Source: Chrysomallon squamiferum (taxonomy: Eukaryota > Animalia > Mollusca). Taken from it: a stretch of DNA of 64,000 bases. The stretch is taken from positions 18,662,001 to 18,726,000 of the forward strand of contig CM022669.1 in the NCBI GenBank assembly GCA_012295275.1, written 5' to 3'. Below the pieces are notes generated by a model, which saw only the letters and a list, made by a program, of their open reading frames with translations, was not told the origin of the DNA and searched no databases. The translations under genes and the position numbers were made by a program. Of the stretch, positions 1 to 12,372 are shown one piece after another; the first letter of the stretch is position 1, and every line of letters starts with the position of its first letter.

Positions 1-544
1 AAATAAATAAATAAATAAAATAAATAAAAAGATAAATCATATATCGGTTCAAAATATCGTGAAACAATATTAATATCTGTGATACCGTATAAACGGGTCG
101 TTCGGTTTATCTCGCATTTTATCTTGGAAATGGTCAACATCACGTGTTTTGTTCAGTTATCAAACTCAGCTGTTTTATTACATTATGTTCCTTTTAAAAA
201 TTACAAAGAAATTTAAAATATTTGTTAACACAATTGATACATTTATATTTTTGATGCTAGCCAATTTAAGAAGAAAGAAAAAAACAAATAAAACAAAATA
301 AAATAAAATAAAATAAAAAATAAAAATAAAAATAAAAATAAAAATAAAATAACAATAAAATAAAGTAAAATAAAATAAAAATAAAAATATAAAAGAAATT
401 TAAAACATTTCAGTTTTCTAACAACAAAATACTCTGAAATCAAACCTTGTATGTTCTTTCTTTGTTCATTGTGTGTTGTCCTTTTGAAAAATATAACAGC
501 TTTATCGAGCTTCAAACCAAGAAACAATAAATTTAAATAATATA

Positions 545-587
<43 letters not shown>

Positions 588-1067
588 AAAAAAAATATTC
601 AATAACAAAATAAAATAAATAAATAAATAAATAAATAAATAAAATAAAATAAAATAAAATAAAATAAAATAAAATAAATAAATAAATAATAACCTGGCAC
701 ATTTCAAATATAAAATAAATAATTTAAAATAATAATGATTTTTTGACATATTTTATTACCTCTGCGTCTTTTTTTAACTCGTCCAGTTCATGGCATTTAC
801 GCTCACGACTTTTTTTTTTTAATTTTTTTTTTTTACCTCTTCTTACAGTTTTAGTCTTTCACACGTAGATCGATCGTAGAGTTTACGCTCACATGAATAA
901 AATAAGCCTAACACAACAGCGTTGGAGTCGATACCTTACAATGTTTGCATATATTCCATACATTCCCAGAAAAACAGAAAACAAAAACAACAACAACAAC
1001 AAAAAAAATCGTCGGGAATAATTTGTCACTGAATATCGTACACTTCTTTAAGATCTATATTTTCTTT

Positions 1068-1103
<36 letters not shown>

Positions 1104-1682
1104 TTCAAATTGTAGGGATTTGGTGATTCGGAAAATGCCATTTCCTTCCACATTTTTGTTGTTGTTTTATTTTTCCTTTTTCGTTCATAGGCATAAAAAC
1201 AAGTATTCAAATAACTACCGTTTCCTTTCGGTTTCAGTTCTTGTAAAGGAAAACAAACTGATTTATTCAACAACAAAAAAGTGATTATGTGACAATGAGC
1301 AGTTTCCTTCAACAGTTCAAGTAGAAAAAATAATTTGATATAATTTTTAAAAAAGTCTTATTATTAAAAGTTTTACAGAATGTTTCCTACTACTGACAGC
1401 GAGTGTAAATGTTTTTCAGCGTATAAACATTGTACAATTTATAAATATATTTGTATTATTTTATTTTATTTTAGTTATTATTTTATATAACATACAGAAA
1501 AATTATATGCCATTCATACAAATATCTTAAATGTATTTCATGTAAATCTAGCTGATTATTAACTTTTGACTAGCTTATTATTATTATTATTTTATCATCA
1601 TCATCATCATCATCATTTTACCTTATTATAATAATTTATCCTATATTAGAGTTAGTATGTATATATTCAATATGTGTGATCC

Positions 1683-1720
<38 letters not shown>

Positions 1721-1764
1721 TTTGTTAAAATATTCATCTCTTAAATTCAGAAACTACCGTTTTT

Positions 1765-2075
1765 GTAAAGAATTATTACCACCTATTTCTATGAATTATA
1801 ACTAGCTTTGTTTCTAAGAACTATTACTATCTATATTACTAACAACCTATCTTAGATCTGTTACTAGCTACAGTTACAAAAATTGTAACCAGCTGTATTT
1901 ATGAGAACAATCACTACCTGAATTTCTAAACTGTATTTCTAAGAACTATTACTACCTATATTCTAAGAGTTATAACAAACAATATTTCTATGAACTATCA
2001 CTACCTATGAGTTATAACTGACTGTATTTCTATGAACTATTACTTCGTATATTTCTAAAAACTATTACTAATCTA
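1765..2075. repeat. Degenerate ~25-bp minisatellite (consensus approx. TGTATTTCTAAGAACTATTACTACC)
   Basis: TATTTCTA(A/T)GAACTATTACTA blocks recur at ~25-bp spacing, read directly from the sequence. Confidence 0.75.
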
Positions 2076-2101
2076 ACTCTACTCCTGTGTTACTGTTTCA
2101 G

Positions 2102-2234
2102 ACTGTATGTACAAAGAACCCGCTACTTGGATGCACCCCAGCATCTCACAGAACCACCCGACATCAGCGAATACTCATCATCATCGGCGGCGTCCTTAGT
2201 GTCTGACAGAACGAGGTCGTCTATACGATTATAA
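2102..2234 (+). CDS. Putative terminal coding exon of an unidentified gene starting left of the window (frame uncertain; longest reading LYVQRTRYLDAPQHLTEPPDISEYSSSSAASLVSDRTRSSIRL*)
   Basis: Acceptor TTACTGTTTCAG ends at 2101, followed by an abrupt rise in GC. All three frames stay open for about 30-43 codons; the longest ends at TAA 2232-2234. No family recognised. Confidence 0.45.
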
Positions 2235-2269
2235 CACAAAGAGAGGGTATTTATGTAACAACAAAATTA

Positions 2270-2560
2270 CTCATTTGTGTGAAAATTTGTGATTTGTTTG
2301 TGTGAAAAAAAAAATTCATGGTCTTGACCCGTTCATGATAATATTTATCGATTTTAAAATCGCGATTCATTGGTGTGTATGTGTGAAAAATTTCGTGATT
2401 TATTTTGCTGGTGTGAAAAATCATGATTGTTTAAAAGTGGGAAAGCAGTGATTCAATTGCAGAATGGGAAAGCAGTGATTCGTTTGCGAATGGGAAAACC
2501 ACGATTCATTTGCTAGTGAGAATAATGGCAGTTGATTTGCTAGAGTGATAAATTATTTTC
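2270..2560. repeat. Degenerate ~28-bp minisatellite (approx. TGTGAAAAATCGTGATTCATTTGCTAG)
   Basis: Repeated TG(T/G)GAAA...GTGATT.ATTTGC units, e.g. GGGAAAGCAGTGATTC twice at about 2439 and 2466. Confidence 0.65.
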
Positions 2561-3913
2561 ACAAAATTAAGATTTTAATCACGAATGATCTATTAATCAC
2601 AGTGAAATCATCATCATACATTCAACAGTGTGGAAAATTCACCATATTCATCAACGATGAATTTGTTTTGCCAATCTGAAAAATAATGGTTTCTTGGCTA
2701 GTATTAAAATTGTCGTATTTTATTTTGCCCTTTCGACAATTTTTGTTTCCGTAACGGAGGTAGGAATCAGGAAAATGGTGAGATTCATCATTTTATTGGT
2801 TTTCGCCGAAAATAATCTGCATTTCGAAAACGAGTTGGCTTTTCTTTGAAAAGAAAAATGATCGATTCGTTAACGGCTTGTTTGGTAATAATGTGTGCTT
2901 GCTCGATTTGTGAAGCTAAATCGACCATCGAAAATGAATGATTAATCGTGAATGAAAAATAGGTCGCGATAGAATATCCGATTCGAAAATATCCGATTTG
3001 TACCAACAAATAATTACAAGTTATGATTCGTCGATGGAGGTAATACTTCATGAATTACTGACCAAAATGACATTTCCTGAATATTGTGACATTTCATGGT
3101 GTTAGAGCCTCTGCTGTGTTCATTCGATTCCTTGGCTGATGTCACAATTTGTTACTACGATCGTGATTATGACGTCATTAATAGATGTTTTCTTCTTGGT
3201 TCGACAGAAAGAAGAGTTACAAAAGATGATTGATGTAGTTGAGAAACACTGAAAAATATTTTATTGGTTCTTTTTTTATTATTATTATTTTTTTTGCTGT
3301 TTCTTAGGTTGTTTTAAAGAATTTACGTATAAACGTTTTGAGTGAAGAAAGGTTTGCGAGATCAGCTAACTAATGTTAATGATTAAAGTATGGGTAATTG
3401 TATAAATACTCATGCGGTTGCGTGTGCGTGTGCGTGTGCGTAGGTATGTTAGTGTCTGTGCGTGCAAGGAAAACGTTGCTGACAAGTTGGTTCGAGTGTG
3501 AACGAAATATCAAATCCCAGATTTCATAATGCGCTTCACCAGACATCTGTTTTGCCTTATGCATATTTATTTTATTTTGCCTTAAGCATATTCATCTATT
3601 TTCAATTAAATGAGTATTCGTTAATGCTGCCTCTGCATTATCATACGCACAGGTTTCAAGAATAAAGAAACATTCAGCTAATTAAACAGCAAAAATAATT
3701 TTTTAAACTATCAAAGCAAGCATCTTTATTTTGAGAAATATCTCTTGGTTTTAAAAATTTATATTAAAAGTATGCGTCAATAATATTAACAAAATTCATT
3801 TGCTCAACGTATTTTGCTCATGTCTCTCCGTTTTCGTAAACATTTTTTTTTTATCTTTAACATTTTTTTTTTTTTTTTTTTTAATTTGACTTTTCTTTAG
3901 TATGGATAGCAGC

Positions 3914-3982
<69 letters not shown>

Positions 3983-5040
3983 CTGTATTGCATTTAAAAA
4001 ATCCTTTAGTTAAATATCTTCAAATATTAACATATATTAATATTGATGTATCAATATCATACGTTTCAACACACAATAAACGTTACAGCGATAAGATCAA
4101 GCATGTCCATTCGTGCAGTTTTCCCATTCCAACCATATGTTTCAAATGACTGCAGCATGTTTGGACAGTTCTTGCTATGAAGACAATATCACTTGGTTTT
4201 CTATGGTTCTTCCAAGACCCGGGCTTATATTTTGTTTGTGAAATGAATATCCATGAAAGACACAGGACAAAAAATCAAATATCTGATAAATACCATACTT
4301 GTATACTGAAGATTTTATTCTCTCGTTCATCTGACGTAATATTACTATCACATTATGAATATTCATGTACATTATGTAAATGATATGTAGATAAGTATAC
4401 ATACGGTGATGCATATTTTGAATTTTTGCGTGCTTACGGTACTCAGTTATTTTTCAGTTTATATTTATCAGTATCAGTGGTTTCATAAAATGTATTTGCT
4501 GAAGTATCATAATGATATTGTATATTTTATAAAAATTACAGTTATAAAGAAAATAGGTTTCATTGTAATTATTAATATCGTTCTTAAGCTGTGTGCTCTT
4601 ACATAGTTTTTAGAATAGTTTACAATACGTACATAAACATATATTTGTATGTGGATCTCAGATAGGTGCAGATACTAGTTCATTTATACTATACGCTTGC
4701 AACAGAGGTGACCCGATTTTCTGGATTTTCCAGTTTTCTGGAACAAGGCTTAATATGTACTCAGAATATATAATAAACGATGAAAAATAAAGAACGAAGC
4801 TGTATAAATTAACACATTTCTAAAGCCTATTTTCTGATAATTCCAGTTTTCTGGCAGCCGGATAAATTACCTGGTACCAGTATAATTTTACAAAGTTTGT
4901 TTATATTTCATACATAAAATTATAGGCTTTTCAAAAAAGATATATAATCTAAGTTTTGTTATAAATGAATAATTAAATAAATCACCCGAAGTTTGAATTA
5001 AGGGTATATATAGAAATTACCAATTATGTAATTGCTTCTT

Positions 5041-5165
<125 letters not shown>

Positions 5166-5216
5166 GGTTTAACAAAAAAACTATAATTTAATTAAATAAA
5201 TAAATACATCAATACA

Positions 5217-5251
<35 letters not shown>

Positions 5252-6337
5252 ATTAATTAATTAATTAATTAATACTGTAATGGTCGGTTATAGAAAATTC
5301 ATATTATTGTGTTGAGTGCTTTACGTTTTCTTGTCTTCTGCTTGTGTGTGTATGTTTGTACCTTTGTATATATATAACTGATGTATAAATATATTTAAAA
5401 TATTATATGTGTATTAAAACATGCTTTGACATACGTGTGAAGGATGAAAATGTTTTCCATGTAAGAGGTAAAACAAAGCAAAACAAAATAAATAAATAAA
5501 ACAAAATTCCTGTGGGAGAAAAAAATAAAAATAAAACTAATGATAACATGCAAAAAATCAAAAGCAGTACAGAAAGGATTAATGCATTCTTAAAAGAAAA
5601 TGCGAGGATGACTTCATGGGAAACATTTTCGTTTATAAATATTTCACACTTTGTCTCTCCATGTAATATTTGAAATAAAGCTTATGTTGCTTATAAAACT
5701 AAGTTGTTTTGTTTTTATTGCTGCTACTATCACCAGTACTGCTGCTGCTACTGCTATTACTATTGCTAATAGTACTACTAGTACTGCTACTAGTACTACT
5801 ATTACTATTACTACTACATTTTATCTTGAAATTATACTGACGATATGGCGGTAGACCCTTTGAAAAAATTTTGATATCGTTCCAAATAACACTAATAATT
5901 TTGAATAATATTTTAACATGAATTTAAATGATTACTTAATTAAGCATCCTTGGACATAACTGTCCTTACCTGTTGTAGTCGTTTGCCATTGATAAAGTAT
6001 ATCAAAGAAGAAAACTGTAAACTCCTGAAAAAATATATTCGACGCATTTTGTTGCATGGTTAATTAGCCCAGTAAATGAACCCTTTTGGTATTACGTCAT
6101 AATGCTGTGTGACCTTTAACCTTTGGCAGAAAACGAGAATTTCTCATTTTAACGATTCATTACGGGTTTCTTGATTAATTAAAGATATATAATGTGTGAT
6201 ATGTTTTATTTCAATACATCTTTTTTAACAATAGCGTAGTAGCCAAGACGTGCGTGTGTGTGTGTGTGTGTGAAATTAAACACAAACAAAATATATAATA
6301 ATAATAAAAATAAATTAAAATTAATAATAATAATTAC

Positions 6338-6379
<42 letters not shown>

Positions 6380-6897
6380 TAATAATAATTTTTCTTCTTT
6401 TATTTTTTTTTAAATCTACCATTACAAACAAAACTGAGATGAAAGGTTTGTCTCCAGATTCTAAGAAATATTCAAACAAAAGGCTGGAAAGTTATTAAAA
6501 AAACAAAAAACGTTAAAAATATAAATAATATTTATTATGAGTACAGACAAATGAGGTCATTGTAAATGATACAGACAACACTGGATGCCTTAAGAATGCA
6601 ATTATGAATAAATAAATAAATAAAAATAACACTAAAGGTGGCATTAAAAAAACATACAGAGATGAGTTTGTTTGAGACAGCCCATGAATAATTTTATTTT
6701 AGAGTAACTATTTTTTATTTATTTATTTATTTATTTATTTATTAATTTTCCCTTTAACTACAAGTTATAGATAATCAAAATGTATGCAAAATACTTTAAA
6801 TACTACAAACAGAATTTTTTTTTTAAATATTACATTTTTCTATATGTTCGTCTGAAATAAGGGGGAACATCTCTTTGTTAATAAATTGTTAAAAAGT

Positions 6898-6943
<46 letters not shown>

Positions 6944-7180
6944 TGGTAGTGAAATACTCATATTCATTTTACTTATAATGTCAATGTAACAAAATAAATA
7001 AATAAATAAATAAATTAATAAATAATTTTAATAAAATAATAATCAAAAAACAAAACAAACAAAAAACAAAAACATTGATATATTTCATCATCATTGATAT
7101 CTTCAGAATAAATTCATTTTATCTCTTAGTGTTTAAATATCACAGTAGTTTTGATTGTTTGATGAGTTTTCTAGAGAAAT

Positions 7181-7380
7181 CTAAAACTGCATCATTTCAA
7201 ACTCGTCCTGCATGGCTTCCACCGCGTCCTCGTCTTCTTCGTCCAGACGTTTCCACCAGGGAAGACTCAGTCTGTGTAGAGTTTCTTTGTGGTTAATCTT
7301 TGCCTTGACCATGACGGGGACTGAGCGACTGGAGTACATGTACACGTCATCTTGTTTGACTTCTTTCAGACTGGGTGCCA
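7181..7380 (-). CDS. IQCB1: IQCB1 last coding exon (LAPSLKE...PWWKRLDEE...MMQF*)
   Basis: TTTCAG acceptor; TAG stop at 7181-7183; matches supplied ORF 7181-7381. Confidence 0.92.
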
Positions 7381-8822
7381 CTGAAACAGTTACTTGAATT
7401 ATGGACTGAACCGAATATGAAGTGATTTTAATTTGGGATAAACTAAATTTAAATAATTTAACATTGGGGTGAATTTAAATTTAAATAATTTTTATTTGGG
7501 GTGAACTGAAATTAAATAATTTTCTGTTCATGTGGACTAAAATTAAATCATTCTGTTACATAGTTAAATAGTGATGCAGTTTAAAATAAATAAATTTATA
7601 ATGTTGTAATTGGAAAGTTAGGTATAATACAAATAATTTATTTCAGTTTTGGATGAATGAAACTTTTAACTAACAAAGTGGAAATATTCAAATGAAACTG
7701 GAGACACATATTAGAATTATATTATTTAAAAATTCTACACAAATAAAAACGTGAACACCCCCCACCTAAAAAAACAAAAAACCCAACAGAAACAAACAAC
7801 AACATGCAACTGTAATTATTTTACTTAAGGATAAACCAAAATGAAATATTTATTTTAACTTAGTATGAACCAAACAGAAATAAATTATTTTAACTCTGAA
7901 TACACCAAACTGAAATATCAGACTGGCCAAAATGGATGCATGTAAATATTAAAGATAATCACATTCAAATAATTATTTTAATTTTCGGATGAAACAAAGT
8001 GAACAGCTGATGCTACTGAATAAAATAAATTACATTATCTAATAATTTTGATTCTAGAGCAGATTTCATTTATGATTTAATTATCATATTCACTACTCTT
8101 GTAGCTTTATCTCATGTGTGACAATATTCTGCACACATTGTAATTCACAGATCTCTAGTTGTAGAATACTGAACAGATGTCTTACGGAGAATTAACTGTG
8201 AATCTGTTTCAAGTCTGGCAAGCAGAGCATCGCGATGGACTTGTGACTTTCTGTTTGACTTGACAGTGACGTAGTGTTTGTGTAACATTTCAGCGGCTTT
8301 CTTGTGTATTTCCTCCACCTCCTCTCTAGTCTTCCTTGTAGTCTGATAAATAAATAAATAAATAAATACAGAAAGAAAGAAAGAAAGAAAGTAAGTGAAT
8401 AAATACAAAATTAAGAAAGATTGAAAAATAAAATAAAAATACAGCAGATATGTAAATAAACAGAAAAATAAATATATAAATAAGGTAAGTATCTAACTAA
8501 ATAAATACATAATAAAAAAATAATAATAAAAAAAATAAACAACAAATGTGTAAGTAAATAAATATAAAAATAAGGAACCAAGTAAATAAATACATAAAAA
8601 ATAAAAAAAATAAATAAATAGATTAGTAAGTAAATAATGAAATAAATACACAATGTACAAAAGAAAGAGATAAATAAAAAAATAAAAAAATAAATAAGTA
8701 TATAAAGGAATAAAGTAAATTGTAGGAATTACTTAAATAAATAAACAAATATATTGTAGAAATTTTTTAAAAAGTAAACAATAAAATCAATTTTATTTAT
8801 TTCTGTTCAATATTGTCATCTT

Positions 8823-8893
<71 letters not shown>

Positions 8894-10365
8894 TTTAACA
8901 GCAACAACAACAACAATGATGACAAATAAAAATATATGAAACAGCTATTTAAAACTCACTGGATACATTTCACGATATTCTTCAATTTGTTTGTGAAGTT
9001 CAACACGTCTTTCGTCTGTCAGTCCTGGAGGTTTTAGTGACACTGGAACATCTTCCTTTCTTTTGTTAATTCTCTCCAACCACAGGCGAACCTGGACAAA
9101 ACAACAATAATTTAATACCAATTAAATGATTAACAAAATGAAAATATTAGTAAATGGTTGGAAATTAAAATAAACGATATTTATCTAAAAAGTGAATTTA
9201 AAATAATATTAGTTGAAAAATAAAATAAAAATTTAAGAGGACTGTCTCGTTAACATTTTGGTAATTAATTTAGTTTATTTTTATAAATATTGTAAAGAAA
9301 TTTTTTAGAATAAAACATTACAATGTTATTAATGGCAATTGTTTTTCATATTAAATTATTATTTTATCAATTTGATCAGTTGGTTTAAGGTTTGGATAAA
9401 GTTATCTCCCTTGGGTTGTCAGTACCATAAAGATTTTCTTTCTGATTAGACAGAATAACCAAACTACTAAAGTAAACAAATAAAATTAAAAAAAGTTTAA
9501 TATTTAAAAAAGGGGAAAAAATAAAATAAATCCATAATTAATTAAAACAAAACACAAAATAAAGCATAAAATAAAATAAAATAAAATAAAAATACACATA
9601 CATGTCTTTGAATTTTAATGGCTGCTTTAACTTGTCTGGCCAGTTCCTGCCTAGCAGGAAGTAGATGGCGCTCCTTGTGACCTCGCCAAATTTTCTGTAT
9701 TTTCACAATGGCTACAGCTTTTTCTTTTTCCAGGTATCTTTCTACCTGATCTGTGAAATAAAGAAAAATAAAAAAATAAAAATAAAAATAAAAATAAAAA
9801 AAGTATTAGAAAATTAATAAAGAAAAATAAAAAAATAAATAAATTTATAAAATAAAATAGCAGATATTTGGATTGAAACTAGCAGTCTTTTTAACATGAC
9901 AGAACACTATAAAATGCAACACTGCAAAATATATTTTACAGTACAAAGAAAGATATTAAACTCATAATTTAAAATACGAAAACTCTGCATATTAAAAATA
10001 AAACAAAATTTTCATCTCACCGGCTGGCATGATTTCCAACATGTACAGTTTCTTCTGTGTGAACTCTCGCATAATCCGTTGTCTGTTCATCTTTAGTCTG
10101 TAGTGTAAGTCTGCCTCTGCCTTAGACTGCTCTCTTGTTCTTTCTAAAATGTCTTTCTTCAGTCTACAGAAAACAGAGGTTCGAGTGAATGAATCAGTAA
10201 TGAACATTTTTGGGGCTAAAACTATAATATTTTATAAAGATATTTTTTTTTTTTTGTTAAAAATTACAAATTAAATAAAATAATAAATTGTAGATATAAA
10301 GAATTTTTTTTTTTATTTGTTGCATATAATAAACAAACAAACAAACAAACAAACAAACAAACAAA

Positions 10366-10408
<43 letters not shown>

Positions 10409-10771
10409 AATGGATGATAAATAAAACTGACCTGTAACTTTTTTGGAATTTAGCAAATGCTTTGTTAGCTTTTTGTAGTTTTCTCCTAGTGCTAACTCCT
10501 TTCCATACTGCTTGAATTAATGCTGCAGCCTGATGATATTTCTGAATATATATAAAAATAATAATAATAATGATGATGATGATGATATAATCGTCATCAT
10601 CATTATCATCATCACAACACTGACAATAGCAATGTTGTTATAACTATTATGAAATAAACTTAATAAATAATTAATGTTCAACAGTATAAGGATGAAAAGA
10701 CAGGTTACTGTTTGTAACATTAGCTTAATATGTGTTTTTGTAATAAAAAAATAAAATAAAAAATAAATAAA

Positions 10772-10832
<61 letters not shown>

Positions 10833-11764
10833 ATACATAAAAAAATAAATAAATAAATAAATAAATAAATAAATACATAAAAAAATAAATAAATAAAAGA
10901 AATAGCTTAGATAGATAAATAGATAATCATTTACAACTCCATATATTTCAGGAAATTACAAAATTATAAATAAATATAAAAATATTTCACTCACCACCAT
11001 CTCTGCCTGTTTGGCGCTTCCTGAATCCAGGATGACCAGCAACTGTTTAAGATCTCGCCCAAACCCTTTCCCTTGCCACCTGGCCAACAGTGGTCTCAAG
11101 CCCCTGAAAACAATTATAAAAATGTTATTAACTAATTTAATTTTAATGTCATATGTATTTAAAGCACAGTCTGATTGTGTGAACGTAAATCTCTTAAATT
11201 TAATAAAAGTATCTGGTACAAGTTAAATGTTGTAAACTTACTTGTATCTGGTACAAAGAACTTCAGACAACAGTTTGTAGCTGTCACACATTCTTATCAC
11301 ACACTTTGTAGCTGCCCTGAAAACAAAAATAACAAAATAAAAAGTTAAGATTATTAAATCTTGTCTTTCATATTTTAACCTTAATATGAGGCATCTTTTT
11401 TTTTTCTTCTTTTCTCTTTTGCTTTTTGTCTCTTTTTTTCAATGGATTAAGAAAGGTTTATGGATTACAGATTTGTATATTAATATTTTATATATTATGT
11501 AACATACCTGGCAATTTGTGCATTGTTGTTGACTGACAATTTGTAAATTAATTCGTCCAGAATGCTGTAAATAATCTTCTGATCTGTTTGAGACACAGCA
11601 ACTCTACAGAATCACAAAAGAATTGTAAAAACACTCAGCACAGAACAAAAACTCAAAAGAAAAATTTAAACAAAATCAGAAATCATTTTACATTACACAT
11701 AAAATCAGCAAGGTGGAACTGTTTCTTTTTATTTTTTTTCGTATTTCCATTTAGTCTTCTCACT

Positions 11765-11802
<38 letters not shown>

Positions 11803-12341
11803 TCTTTTTCACTTTGCCTACAATTTAAAATAAGGAAAGTGAAAGCAGAGTTAGAGAGATATTAATTATTATCATTTCAATAATATTCCAGCCATTTATA
11901 AACATGCAGATGTATAATTAACTGATTAGAAATTATATATATATATATTTTAATTATTGCATTAACAATAATATCTGTACCCATAGGTTCTGATAACTTT
12001 GTCCAGTGTTGTTACTATGGCAATCACTGTTTCAGTTTCATCTGTGATGAGCAGCTGTAACAACCAGGGTGATTTTAAAACTAAAACATAATAAAAAAAA
12101 TATAATACTATTAATAATTAAAAAAAATAAAAATTAAAAATATATAAAATAAAAATAATTAAAAAAATAATACCATCACACAAAGACACTTTCTGATTAA
12201 AATAATTTAACATTAAAATCCATGGATTTTAAATTAAAAACGTGCAGTCTCCGTAAATATAGATTTTATTATTATGTGTTTTCTTCATGCTTGTTAACAA
12301 AACTCCTTCTAAGTTTTAATTTCTTATTTCTTTATATATAT

Positions 12342-12372
<31 letters not shown>

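Noticed and set aside
1765-2560. CRISPR-like appearance of short repeated units
   Set aside because: Eukaryotic context; the units are degenerate and contiguous, with no unique spacers and no cas genes.
4700-4990. Possible hAT-type MITE remnant (AGAGGTGACCCG..., repeated TTCCAGTTTTCTGG)
   Set aside because: No convincing matching second terminus or 8-bp target duplication.
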